From: Vitrella brassicaformis CCMP3155
Taxonomy: Eukaryota > Protista > Chromerida
Reading direction: 5' to 3'
Length of the DNA stretch: 64,000 bases
NCBI GenBank assembly: GCA_001179505.1
Contig: CDMY01000791.1
Coordinates: 201,880 to 265,879, forward strand
Under the pieces are notes generated by a model, which had not been told where the DNA came from, did no database searches, and saw only the letters and a program-made list of their open reading frames with translations. Below, in pieces: positions 37,044 through 49,926 of the stretch (the stretch's first letter is position 1; every line of letters starts with the position of its first letter). Both the position numbers and the translations under genes were made by a program.

Positions 37044-38514
37044 GGATCAAAACTTGGCTGCCTGGCGTCTGTCCAGGTCATGAGGCAGCTGGCCTGGACG
37101 ACCTGTGTGTGTGTGGTGAGATGGATGAGCAACAAACAAATACATCCGGTGGGTGGGAGTATAGCAGAGTGTTCATACAGACAGACAGCCACACTGACAC
37201 ACACAGCTGGCGGCACAAACAGGGGTATCTGTCTGTCTGCCTGTGTCGGCACATTCGGCCGCCCCGTCGCCCTTTGTTGTGGGGGCCCGCCAGTGCGTGA
37301 GTGCTCAGGCAGACAGGCAACGAAGGCTGTGGTGCGTACACACCCAGACAGACAGACAGACAGGTTTGTATGCATGTCCGTGAAGCGCATCCACACACTT
37401 GTACAGACAGACGGCTGGTGCCACTTCGCCTGTGGGTCGGGGGCACGTGCACTCGCTGGCTGCCTCGGCGGGGGATGTGTGTATGCTCAGAGGTACATGA
37501 GATGTTGGAAAACGGGACAGAGGCCGTCCGATCGATCGATTGACATGATGGGATCTCTCTCTCTCGCTCGCTTCACTCTGTCCTCGAGACCCCCCACAAC
37601 AGCCAGCCACACCAGCCAGCCAGCCAGCCACACCAGCCAGCCAGCCTCCCATCGGTTGTGTATGAATCGACCAGCCTGTCAGCAACGGCACTGTACTGCC
37701 GGCACGACCGACCAGTATCGGTGCGCATCTGTGGACCAGCCAATACGATCCACATCCATCCATCCAGCCATCCATTCATCCATCGGCCACAGCAACAAGG
37801 CACACACGGACGCCAAATCAGACAGAAGGGCCACAAGAGAGAGACGGCAAGGAAGTCGGTCAAGGGACGGTAACTGGGTGGGTGAGTGAGTGTGTGTGGA
37901 GGTATGTACACCCGGGGCGAGGAAAGGCAAGCCAGCCAGGGAGGGAGGGGAGAGAGAGAGGTTTCTGTCTGTCTGTCTGCCAGTCAGTCCATCGCACCAT
38001 CATCGTCCCTCTCCCCGCCCGCAGACAAACCACCCAACCCAGTGCTCCTCCCCTCTCTCCTCCTCCCCTCCCCTCCAGCAGCACCAAACGAAACAGCCAG
38101 CCAGCGAGTCAGTCAGTCAGTGAGGCCACCCACACACGTCACTTGTACGGATCAATGGATAGATGGGTGTGATGCATCTGAGTGAGTGAGTGAGTGAGTG
38201 TATCAGCCGGTGGCAGAATGGTCCTCCCCCCCGCCGGCAACCCAGGACCACTCGCCGCTCCCAGAGGCAGCAGCTGGAGAGGGAAGGCAGAGGACACAAG
38301 CCAACCATCCACCGATGGATAACGGCTGACTGACGTGAGTGACTGCAGCGCCTCCCTCCCTCCCTCTCTCCTTACCGGCAGCCGCAGCGCTCGCCGACGG
38401 CTCGCCGGTCTCCTCAGCCCCAGCCGCGCCGTCACTGCCGCCTGGGCCGACGCCCCCGCGGGCCTGCCAGTCTGATGATGGACGAAGGCCAACCAACCAA
38501 CACAACACAACACA

Positions 38515-40485
38515 TCAGTGGTCGGATGGCTGGCAGTGAGTGGTTCCATCCCTCAGTCCGTTCGTACCGTCCTGGAGGGTCTGCTGGATGGCGAGCTTGT
38601 CCTCATCGACGCCCCCCGGGGCCGCCTCAACTGAAGGGCAGAAAGCGAAGCGCACATAGAGCGGGGAGACAGACAACCAGACGGATCCACACGTGTGGGT
38701 GGGTGTGGGTGTGGGGTCTGTCGGTGCAATGCGGTTCCTCTTACGCGCGAGCTGGCTGTCACGGCTCTCGCAGGCGCGACCATGTGCTTTCCTCCGCAGC
38801 TCTTCTACCAGCTCGGCACGCGCTGCCTTGTCCACAGATCTCCCCCTCACAATCGACACGTGATACTGCTCCAGCAGGATCCGCACCAACTGCTCCTTGG
38901 CCACAAGCAGCTTGGAGGGGTCGCGATCCTCAGGCCTCAGCTGGAGCAGCACATCACACAGAACCCGCACAGCCTGCCGGAGGGCCGGCGAACAGCTGGC
39001 TGCATCGTTGTGGATGGTGGTCTTCAGTTTGTTGAGGCGCCCCCGGAGGAAGCCCAGCACTGTGCCTCGTGGTCCGCCTTCTTGTTCTGCCGCTCCCACA
39101 GTCCGTCATCAAAGGACTTCTTGATCTTGAAGGACTTTGCCATCCTGCCAAGCAAACCATCGCTGCCCCCACCCCCCGTGGCCGCACTCGACGCAGCACC
39201 CGACGCACCTGCTGCCCTCTTTGCTGAGTTCCGCGACCTCTTGTCGTCTTTTTTGGTCTGCGGCACGGCTTTCTTCTTGGACAGGGCCTTGATATCGAGA
39301 ATCACCTTGTCGCTCCACGGGTGGGCGTCCCTGTTGTAGTTGCGGCGCTTCCGAACGAGCAGGACAGCAAGGGCAGGGGCCAGGGAGTAGACATCGCTGG
39401 CGCCGCAGTAGCCCCTGAAGCCCCACTGGGTCAGCAGTGAGTTCATGGTCTCCTGATGCCGCAGGCAAAGCTCCTCATCCTCCCAGCTCTGATCCACCGC
39501 CTTCCGCATCAGGAAGGCCTCTGGCGCCATCGAATTGCGTTTGCCGAAGCCCTCATTATTGTCCCATCGCTTCCACTCGATGGTCTTGCTGCCGGGCTGG
39601 TCCAGGATCTCGTCCTCGGGCTCCCACCCTGCGTACCCTTCCAGCTCAATCACCACCAAGCTCAGCACAGGCAAGGAGATCTGTGTGGCCGCCGGGGCGG
39701 ATGACGCTCCTCCCGCGGCGAGTGCCCGCTGCTCCGACTCAGCAGCAGGGGCATCAGCAGCAGTAGGCTCCTCGTTGGTCCCAGCTGCCTCGCTGCGGGG
39801 CGACGGCTCGGTGACGACTGACTTGGAGGGGGCCGTAGTGCCTTGCTGGGCGGCTCGGGGGTCGACAGAGGGCGCCTCGATGCCTTCCTCCTCTGCGGCC
39901 TCTGACGGGCCGGGCAATGGTGGCGACTCCTTGGTGGCCGCGGGCCCCTCTCTCTCGGGCAACGCCGCCTCAGCAACCACCCCCCCCTCCCCGCCAGCCG
40001 CGGGCTCGTCTCGCCCACTGCTGCCGCCACCACGTGCCCCATGCCGCACACCTCCCTCGAGCGTCAGAGGGGCGGCCTGGTGTCCATCGCCCCTCTCAGC
40101 CACGCCGTCGGTGCCGGCGGTGGTGCGCCCAGACCTGACGCCAGCGATGTGGCCGACGTGCAGCTGTGGTCCATGTTGGCCAACAGCCGGTGATGCTGCT
40201 GCTGTTGCGAGTGAAGGGGGGCTGGGGAGGATGCCATGTCAATGGATGAGGGCGGGGCGTCACGCGAAATCGGCTGCCAGCATAAGCAACAAAGGAAATG
40301 TTTTTGAGTGGATGGATGAATGGGCATAGCAGCTCACCTTTGGCAGTGCGGTGGGCGGCATGGGCTGGCTCTCCTTCACCTCGCTGCCCATCGCCATGTC
40401 ACTGGACGACTCGCCTGAAGCAAACAAACAACGCATAGACATCTTGGCATACATCATCATCTCTCCCATACCAGGTTGTGGGTCC
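38515..40485 (-). pseudogene. Degenerate kinase-like gene (K3), C-terminal half, frameshifted; 5' part lost in gap
   Basis: ISLPVLSLVVIELEGYAG...RNSMAPEAFL...WGFRGYCGASDVYSLAPALAVLL, then a frame change near 39075-39105 to ...VLLQLRPEDRDPSKLL. 39940-40485 is the reverse complement of 63475-64000. Confidence 0.65.
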
Positions 40486-40785
40486 NNNNNNNNNNNNNNN
40501 NNNNNNNNNNNNNNNNNNNNNNNNNNNNNNNNNNNNNNNNNNNNNNNNNNNNNNNNNNNNNNNNNNNNNNNNNNNNNNNNNNNNNNNNNNNNNNNNNNNN
40601 NNNNNNNNNNNNNNNNNNNNNNNNNNNNNNNNNNNNNNNNNNNNNNNNNNNNNNNNNNNNNNNNNNNNNNNNNNNNNNNNNNNNNNNNNNNNNNNNNNNN
40701 NNNNNNNNNNNNNNNNNNNNNNNNNNNNNNNNNNNNNNNNNNNNNNNNNNNNNNNNNNNNNNNNNNNNNNNNNNNNNNNNNNNNN
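40486..40785. other. Assembly gap (300 N)
   Basis: Run of N. Confidence 1.
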
Positions 40786-42660
40786 CACAGGTCGTGTGAG
40801 TGACTGACTGAGTGAGTGAATGGCAAGTCGTCCTATCGACAGATGATTGGGGCCGCCGCCGTCGGCAGAAAGACGGCGACCCCTCAGCCCGACACAAATA
40901 ACACGACAGACAGCAAGGAAGCGGCAAGAACGGATCAAAACTTGGCTGCCTGGCGTCTGTCCAGGTCATGAGGCAGCTGGCCTGGACGACCTGTGTGTGT
41001 GTGGTGAGATGGATGAGCAACAAACAAATACATCCGGTGGGTGGGAGTATAGCAGAGTGTTCATACAGACAGACAGCCACACTGACACACACAGCTGGCG
41101 GCACAAACAGGGGTATCTGTCTGTCTGCCTGTGTCGGCACATTCGGCCGCCCCGTCGCCCTTTGTTGTGGGGGCCCGCCAGTGAGTGAGTGCTCAGGCAG
41201 ACAGGCAACGAAGGCTGTGGTGCGTACACACCCAGACAGACAGACAGACAGGTTTGTATGCATGTCCGTGAAGCGCATCCACACACTTGTACAGACAGAC
41301 GGCTGGTGCCACTTCGCCTGTGGGTCGGGGGCACGTGCACTCGCTGGCTGCCTCGGCGGGGGATGTGTGTGTGCTCAGAGGGACATGAGATGTTGGAAAA
41401 CGGGACAGAGGCCGTCCGATCGATCGATTGACATGATGGGATCTCTCTCGCTCGCTCGCTTCACTCTGTCCTCGAGACCCCCCACAACAGCCAGCCACAC
41501 CAGCCAGCCAGCCACCCCAGCCAGCCAGCCAGCCTCCCATCGGTTGTGTATGAATCGACCAGCCTGCCAGCAACGGCACTGTACTGCTGGCACGACCGAC
41601 CAGTATCGGTGCGCATCTGTGGACCAGCCAATACGATCCACATCCATCCATCCATCCAGCCATCGGCCACAGCAACAGGGCACACACGGACGCCAAATCA
41701 GACAGAAGGGCCACAACAGACGGCAAGGAAGTCGGTCAAGGTACGCTAAGTCGGTGGCTGAGTGAGTGAGTGAGTGTGTGTGCAGGTATGTACAGCCAGG
41801 GCGAGGAAAGGCAAGCCACCCAGGGAGGGAGGGCAGAAAGAGAGGTTTCTGTCTGTCTGTCTGTCTGCCTGTCTGTCTGTCAGTCCACCGCATCGTCCCC
41901 CCCTGCCCGCAGACAAACCACCCAACCCAGTGCTCCTCCCCTCCCCGCCAGCAGCACCAAACGAAACAGCCAGCCAGCGAGTCAGTCAGTCAGTGAGGCC
42001 ATCCACACACGCCACGAGTACGGATCAATGGATGGGCCTGATGCATCTGAGTGAGTGTGTGTGTGTGTGTATCAGCCGGTGGCGTCCTGGTCCTCCTCGA
42101 AGTCTCACACCTCCTCCAGCGGGGGCAGGCCATCGTCGTCACGCACGGACCACTCGCCGCTCCCAGAGGCAGCAGCTGGAGGGGGAAGGCAGAGGACACA
42201 AGCCAACCATCCACCGATGGATGACGGCTGACTGACGTGGGTTACTGCAGCGCCTCCCTCCCTCCCTCTCTCCTTACCGGCAGCCGCAGCGCTCGCCGAT
42301 GGCTTGCCGGTCTCCTCAGCCTCAGCCGCGCCGTCACTGTCGCCTGGGCCGACGCCCCCCCGGGCCTGGCAGTCTGATCATGGACGAAGGCCAACCAACC
42401 AACACAACACAACACATCAGTGGTCGGATGGCTGGCAGTGAGTGGTTCCATCCCTTTGTCCGTTCGTACCGTCCTGGAGGGTCTGCTGGATGGCGAGCTT
42501 GTCCTCATCGACGCCCCCCGGGGCCGCCTCAACTGAAGGGCAGAAAGCGAAGCGCACATAGAGCGGGTAGACAGACAACCAGACGGATCCACACGTGTGG
42601 GTGGGTGTGGGTGTGGGGTCTGTCGGTGCAATGCGGTTCCTCTTACGCGCGACTTGGCTG
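40786..42660 (+). repeat. Diverged tandem duplicate of 35829-38760 (K3 3' tail plus downstream flank)
   Basis: Collinear similarity with substitutions and indels (e.g. 41740-42660 vs 37850-38760); ends abruptly at ~42660. Confidence 0.8.
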
Positions 42661-42759
42661 TCACGGCTCGCGCTGCGACTGGTGGATGACCCGCCTGGCG
42701 GACGAAAGTGACACGGGTGTGCACTGCACATGCCATACATGCGTGTGTGTACATCTGTA

Positions 42760-45700
42760 TGTTCTCACTCTGGCCAGACGAGCCCGACTGCTCCCTCTCC
42801 TCCTTCTGGCCCTCACTCTGGCCAGACGAGCCCGACTGCTTCCTCGCATCCTTCTGGTTCTCCACCTCCAGCTTGATGGCCTTCAGGTCTGGACCCCACA
42901 CCTACACATACATGCATTCACACATCACATCAGACACGTGCACGGATCGCGTGGGTACTGATGTCACATCACTGACCTCGACGTCGGTGACGTGAGCGGT
43001 CAGGGAGCAGTAGGCCTCCCCCTCCTGCTGCCTCTTGCTCGCCGCCTGCTTCCTTCGCACAGCATCGTCCTCACCAGCGGGCTCCTCAGCAGCAGCCACC
43101 GTACTGTCGGCCTCGTCCGGACAAGTCAGAGCGAGTTGCTCGAGCATGAGGATGATCTGCGTGGTCAGCAGGGGGCTGAAAGAGGCACCCTTACCCTGTT
43201 CCACCAGACGGAGAACAAACAGGATGGTCTCATCTATGGTGTCTGTCTGTCTGTCTGTCTGGTGTCTGGTCTGGTGCGTGTCGTCCGCAGACCTACCGCT
43301 GAGGAGTCGTCCGCACCGGCGGCGGCCGACTGCTGAAGGTCCACAGAGAACAGCAGGCACAGGCATGTGTGTGACCTTGAATCAGTCAATAGACTGTGTG
43401 CTCTCATCCGTGCGGTTACGTGTACCTCCTTCTGCGCCTCCTGATTCGATTGGGCAGGACAGACACACCAAACAGCCGACATACCAATGGGAGTCTGTGC
43501 GTCGGGCTGTGCGCGTGCTGTGCATCCATACCTTGAGCTCCCTCTCGGCCATTGTCAAGGCGCCCTCCCAGTTGTTAGGCCTCAGTGCCGCGCTATACGA
43601 CCGCCGCGTGCCCCCGTTGCTGTCCTGGGTGTCCAGCTGGATGCGCTGGGGCTGCACCTTCAAGTGCATGACACCGCCGCCGAGCAGCGTGCCGTCGATG
43701 TAGCCGCCCCTGCTGAAGGTGATGACCAGCATGTTCTGATGCGGGTAAGGCTGGACCCGCTCGACGTGGACGTCGTTGACCTCATTGGCGCGATGAAAGC
43801 GCTCTCGCACGGCTCGCCTGCGCAGGCCCTTAGAGATGGACTTGCCCCAGCCCACCTCAGCTTTGTATGTGGACCACTCGAAGATGCCGTATGCGGGGGG
43901 GGCGTTGGCGTAATTGGCGTACGTCTGGTGGAGGGGGAGGATCCTGGTGGTGCAGAGGTGGGGGGTGAGGGCGTAGGTGGACTTTCGGGCCGTGCTGAGC
44001 AGAGTGGTGGTGCTGGTCCTGAGGGCGGAGAGGTTCTCCTGCATGACGTGGTGGGGGCCCTTGGTCTGCTTGTACTCCTGGTAAGCGGAACCCAGCTGGT
44101 CCACCGCTGAACAAACACGCACACACGCACAGCACAGCACAGCACAGCACACCACACCACACACACATCAGTGACCGACACACCACCAATGCTGCATGAC
44201 CTCCCCCCTCCTGGCATACCGGCGACTGTCTGCTCGACTTGGCGATAGATCTGCAGTGCTCTTGCCGGCCCTCTCAGCAGCACGATGGCCTTCCTTACCG
44301 CGGATGAGGACAACGCCGTCGGAATCCTCAAGGCTTTGAAGAAATGTGGCGGTTGGTCCTCGAGGTCGACCTCGTCGATCACCATCGCCTCTGGGCTCTC
44401 TTCCACCCCGCACCGCCCATACTCGGCTTCCGTCATGCGATTCAGGGCAGTGAGAGACTCGGTGAGGTTGTCGATGTGGTAGGAAAAGATCTGGAAGTTC
44501 TGCCCCTTCCCGGGCGCGTCGTCCCCTGTGTCGAGCCAGGCTGTGATGCCATCCACTGTGGGGGGGCGGCTGCCCCACCAGAGGGACAGGTACAGCTGCC
44601 GCCTCTGGTCCGCCACCCGCTCATCGGCCCTCTCCAAGACATAGTCGGGCTCGTCGGGGTAGTGGCGGTTGAGGAACGCCAGTTGCTTGTCCCTGAATGC
44701 CTCCAGCGACGTGTCGACAGTGTCGAGGTCCGACAGGCGCACCACGGTGGCATGCACAGGGATGCCGCATCCCCGCACCTGGCTGTAGAGGACGCTCACG
44801 CTCACGTCGGTGACCACCGACGGTGCAGGGACCACCAGGATGGTGGTTTGCGGGTGCTTGAAGAGGTTGGCGATCGCCCTCACGTCGTCTGTCCCGACCT
44901 TGGCGAAGTCGGAGCGGCTGCTGCCGAACTCGTAGAGCTGGGGGAGGCACAGGCCGTACTGGTATGAGAAGCGGCCGTTCTCGAGTGCGATGGGGTCGAG
45001 TTGGATGTTGCGCGGGAAGATGAGACTCCTGTCCTCCAGCATGAGCAGCACGCACTCCTCCTCTAGGAGACCCCCCTGTTGCGGCCCACAGCACGCCCAT
45101 GCAGCTCGTCCCTAGCACCGAGCTCGCGGGGATCGTTGTTCGACGACCTGACCCATCGCCCCAGCAGGATCGTCCGGTTGTCCTTCTCCTCGCGCAGATG
45201 CGCGAACAAGGCGTCGCGCGCGCGCCGTGTAGCGAGGGGCTCGAGGTCGACGCTGGCAGGGAAGAGGATGGCGCCGAACGCGTCTGGGACGCCCTTGATG
45301 GACGAGCAGGACTCGAGGACCTCCTTGTCGGTATCCGCAAGGGGGCCCTTGAGTGCCCCCGCCAGAAAGACAAGCCTCTTCTCCACGTGGTTCCTCAAGC
45401 GCCGGTGGCTACCGAACGCCTCACCGCTGATGAACCGCCGCAGCCCGTCAGGTGTCATCTTCTTCACCCCTGCCGCATCCACGCAGAGCACCAGGTGCTC
45501 CACCTCGATCATCTTCTGACAGTCCTTGCTCTTGATCGCCGCGACGTCGTCATGCATGTTGATGGTGTGCTGGACCGCTTTCTCCACGTCCATCACGCCA
45601 TCGCCGATGACCTGCTCGGCGTTGTACACGAGCAGTGTGTCGGGGCTGCAAAGAACCTTCCGGAATAACTGGCAATCCTTGGTGAGGGCGTATGGGTCGG

Positions 45701-45767
45701 TCTGGGTAGCGGCGGCAGCGGCATGGCTGGTGGACGGCGGCGAAGAGGACAAGGCGCTGGGCTTCAT
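42760..45767 (-). pseudogene. Large orphan gene with one homopolymer frameshift (45071-45076); weak Walker-B-like and RRM-like segments
   Basis: ORF 45767-45063 continues into GLLEEECVLLMLEDR... (ORF 45051-43660) if one G is added to the G6 run. Further exons ~44107-43531 and smaller ones to ~42760. Contains AMVIDEVD and RERFHRANEVNDVHVERV...NMLVITF. Confidence 0.55.
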
Positions 45768-46389
45768 GGCTGGCGATGATCACCCGCACCTGACCGAACA
45801 CACACGAAGGAATCACCCGCTGCAGGTGCACAGTGTCTTTGGCGTGTGAAGCTCTTAGTGTCTCACCTTGTCAGCGTGGCGGACGACGTTGGCTGCGCCG
45901 CAGAAGACGCCACACGACCGAAAACACTGCCTGAGGGCACATCAGAGAGGCAGAAGACACATCCAGTGCGCATGCATCCTCCCCTTTCGCCAACTGTGCA
46001 CTCACGCGCTTACCGGACAGCGGAGGTCCTCCGGCAGCGCCGCCCCTCCTCTCCCGAGTCGCCTCTCACACCGACTGCCTGGAAGGCGCTGAGGAGATCT
46101 TCTGACCTACAGGTCAGAGATCAGTGAAACCTGACGCCTGGCAGACAGGCATGAGCACAGCGAGACCCTTGAACGCCTCAATGCGACAGCCTGCGAGCTG
46201 CAGCAGCGGTTTCAGGGAGCACCCTAGGTGGCCTGACGGCCAAGTCCCCTGTCGGTCTGTCCAACAGCCTGCGAGCTTAGCTGCGCGCTTTGGAAAGGTG
46301 AAGGCAGCGATGAGCTTTGCTGTCGGCTGTGGCAAAGTGTGTGTTGGCGGGAGTTGAGTCGGGTATGGCTTGATTGAGTTGTGCATGCC

Positions 46390-48338
46390 GGCCATGAGCA
46401 GCCCTCAGCAGCGGTGCTGGGAGTGCTCTCCGACAGGGCGTTTCGTCGATGGCGTCCGCCGCCGCTCTCTTCGCTCCAAGGAAATGCTTCAGCTTCTATC
46501 GGCCGGAGCCGACCCCAACGCGCCGGTCGTTCGGGAGAGTCACTTCTCGCGGTCAGCTGGCAGCGAGGGCGGCTTTGCAGCCGTCGTCGAGGTGTTTGCG
46601 TGGAAGGCCGGAAGCCGCCTGGCGCCCCCACTGGTGGATGCGCTCATCCCGGCGCCGACCTCTCGTTTCTCTGCCGCCGATTCCCGCGACCAAAGCCGAG
46701 GCGGCGCGACCGCGTTGCTTCCTTCAGCCGGGACACGGACACCCTCTACGAGGCATGCCGCCACCATGACGTCATCGAGGGCGCCATTGACCGTGCAGTC
46801 GAGCGGCTGGACCACCACATGGTCCGCCAGGTGATGGCCATGAGCGACATATCGTCTGTGTCGCTGCGGCCGAGCTGGGCGACACTCATGGCGACGGCGA
46901 TGCAGGTGTCCGCCAATCAGCGGTACGACGGCCCCCAAGCCGCTGCGGTGCGTCAAATCGCCGAGGCGTTCCTTCCCCCGTCAGCCCCTTCCTCTCCACC
47001 CGCCCCCCCTGCCGCTGAGGTCCGCTGCCGAGAGGAGCGTCGGTGGGTCTGTTCGTCTCTGTCCAGGTCGCTGAGTCGCCACCGGGTCCACCTGTACAGT
47101 GGTGACGACTGCAGGGGTGCGGACCACGTGCTGGTCTCAGCGGCTCGCTATGGCGACGTGGCGCTTTTCCAGCTGGTGATGGACAGGGGAGGGCGGCACG
47201 AGTGTGAGCTTGGGCAGATGCTGAGGGCTGTGGGTGGCGTGGTGGAGGTCACTTTGAGGACTTTGGCCAAGGAGGCGATTCACGCCGGATCGACGGCCAT
47301 AGTTCGCCATCTGGTGCTGCACGAGGGGGCCGAGCTGCCGGCCTCGATCATCACAGCGAAGTTCCCATCCGCGGCCCCCACCCGCCAAGAGACCAGCAGC
47401 CTCACCGAGGCCATTCGTCTGGGGGGCGACATGGCCGTGCTGTGGCCAGAGGCAGTCAGGTGGGATCGCATCACTTCCTCCAAGCAGAGGAGACAACAGC
47501 TCCGATTGGTCTACCAGGGCTATCTGAATCAGGTTGGTGGGCTGGCTCACGGAGGGAGGGAGGCAGTGAAGGGATGGTCCCCTCCCTTGATCCGATCGAT
47601 CCGTCTCTGATTTCCTCTCAGGTGTCTGTTTGTGTGGAGCGAAGGGCCAAGGCGGCCCTGACAACGCTCTCCTGCCTCTATACGGCCGCCCACAGCCATC
47701 CGGTCCTCTCAGCCGACGCTCAGTCCGCCCCCACACTCGGCCCGCTGCTCATCCAGCAGCCCCCCCGCCACCTCCACTTCCCCACATCCACGCCATTCGG
47801 CCGCCGCATCGCCATCGCTCTCAACCACGCTGTCAATTCAGTGGCCATGGGCAGCACGGAGGGCTCGGACCATCAGCAGGGTGCCGCAGCCACATGGAGC
47901 ATCACTCACCAGCTGAGTCGGCCGCTGTTTGTGATAGCTGGGGTGGATGGCCGGCGTCTGTCGCTCTATGACGTCATCGAGAAAGCCAGGCGAGACGAGG
48001 CGGCCAAACACGGCCTGACAATCGACGAGAGGGCCGGCAGCGACACGGCTTTCGATTGGGCGGACGTGGGCTTCATCGAGGACCGCCGATTCGTGTCGCT
48101 GCGTCTCGACAGAGCCGTCATTGCGGCCCAGCCCGCCGCCGGTGCTGCTCGTCCCGCCGTGATGCATCGCCGGTGGACGGCCGCTGACATTGTCGCGCCG
48201 CCGCCTCGCAGTGTGTTCGGTCCCGCCAGCCCCCGGCCGCTCATCGACCCCCAGGAGCTGCTGCACACCAAGGGAAGGGCCATCTTCAGGTGGACGGGCA
48301 ATATCCATGACGACAAGCAGGTGACCCAACTGCAATAA
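46390..48338 (+). pseudogene. Ankyrin-like family B gene, nearly full length, one frameshift at ~46560-46740
   Basis: MLQLLSAGADPNAP; VLVSAARYGDVALFQLVMDRGG; EAIHAGSTAIVRHLVLHEGA; YQGYLNQ|intron 47534-47622|terminal exon ...LIDPQELLHTKGRAIFRWTG...LQ*. Confidence 0.65.
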
Positions 48339-49926
48339 GTGATCCGATCTCACTCAAGGCCCTCTGTGTGTGTGTCGGTGCGTGTGTTGTAGGCCACTGC
48401 TGCTTCTGCCGGCGGTGCATTGGCCGCGGCCCACTCATTCTCCCTTCCCCACCCACCAGCCATGCCGTCACCATCAGTGGCGGGTCACAACGACCAGCCC
48501 GCCGTCTCATCGGCAGCCAATGAGGCCTCGCCACCCTCCCGGCCGCATGAGTGACAGCAGCAGCCAGATGGGCTGATGGGGCGAGAGACATAGATGCATC
48601 TGTGCGGACGATATGGAGAGAGACTGCAGAGAGAGGTGTGTGAGTGAGTCGGTCCGTAGCCTTTCGGGCTGATCTCTTCTCCGTGTTCGCGGGGAGATCA
48701 AGGTGCATCCATGGGTAGCATAGCGTGCATGTGTGTGTGTCCAAACGGCAGACAGGCATGTGTTCCTTTCGTGATGTCTATGGATGTGGACAATCGAATC
48801 CACCGACTGCGAATGAACGGATCTGGCAACCTTGTTCACTCCTCCGATGGCAGATATCGATGTGTGTCTGGTCCTATGTTATCATTTGGGCATGACTGCG
48901 GGTGAGTGACAGCTCCGTAAACGGACGCGACGTGACTCCCGCCACCGCGCGTATGTCGATGTGGATCTTGGTCGTGGCTGCATCAGTATGCTTAGTTGCC
49001 TGTGGGGGCTCCCAAATGGACGAGAACGGGCTTAATGCCTTTGCCTTTGCGACGCCATTCAAGCAAGGTCCGTTTTCACTATTGCACATTGCAAAAGAGG
49101 AGGCTGGGCGCCACAATGATATGCCTGGTGTGCAGCGGATGCGTTTCTGCACCGGAGTTTTCACACCGCCATGAGGGACGAAAGGGAGGACGACGAAGCC
49201 GCGAAGCCCTCTTGTCAGAACAGACTGACAAACATACGAACCTACGAAGCATCCGTTCCCCTTTGTGTCGGCAGTCTTGTCGGACCGAGAGTACCTTCAG
49301 AGCTCTGCCAACGAGCTGGAAGGTCAGCCATGGCCTTCTGCGGATGGTGGCTCTGTGTGTGTGTGTGTGTGTGCAGCGTCGGTTGGCTGGAACATTCGGG
49401 ATCTTGACAACAGTGCACACATGGCACAGGCAGCGCTCAAACACAGTGAGTGCACTCACCGATGCGAAGCCCGGCGGAGGGGCCGTGTCTCACTGTTGGC
49501 GTGAAGCGTATGTCTGCGTCGCTCCGTCAGGTTTGTCTGGCCCGGCAGAGATCAGATCCTTCATGGAGATGATGCGCCGGATGCGCAGGCAGAGAGAGAT
49601 GAATGACGACAGGCATGTGTGCTGACAGCAGAGAGCCCAGCCACAAATCCAGTCAGCCAGTGCACATGCTGGTAGAAGAGACCACAGACAGCTATGAGGC
49701 AGCTCATATGTACGAGTGCCGCTCGCATGTCTGGATACTGTCAGCTCCGTGTAGGCATAGTAAAGTAGTAGGGCGACGACTGACGCGCATGTGCATCATT
49801 CAACCCGAGCGTGAACACTATGAGCAGCGTCATCCGTCACCATCCCCCATCCGTCCATCGACAAATGCATGCATCCATCCGATAGTCAGTCAATCCAGCT
49901 GCCCCTCACCCAATCTACGTGTGGAG

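Larger units (their letters stand above)
34573..37860 (+). repeat. Repeated low-complexity segments flanking gaps (partly unmerged contig overlaps)
   Basis: 34573-35210 appears identical to 35511-36148; 35976-36743 recurs at 37044-37803 with microsatellite-length differences. Confidence 0.8.

Noticed and set aside
28084-41284. Long ORFs spanning N runs and ORFs in microsatellite tracts
   Set aside because: Artefacts of X codons and of simple repeats (SVCL, THTH, WMDG).
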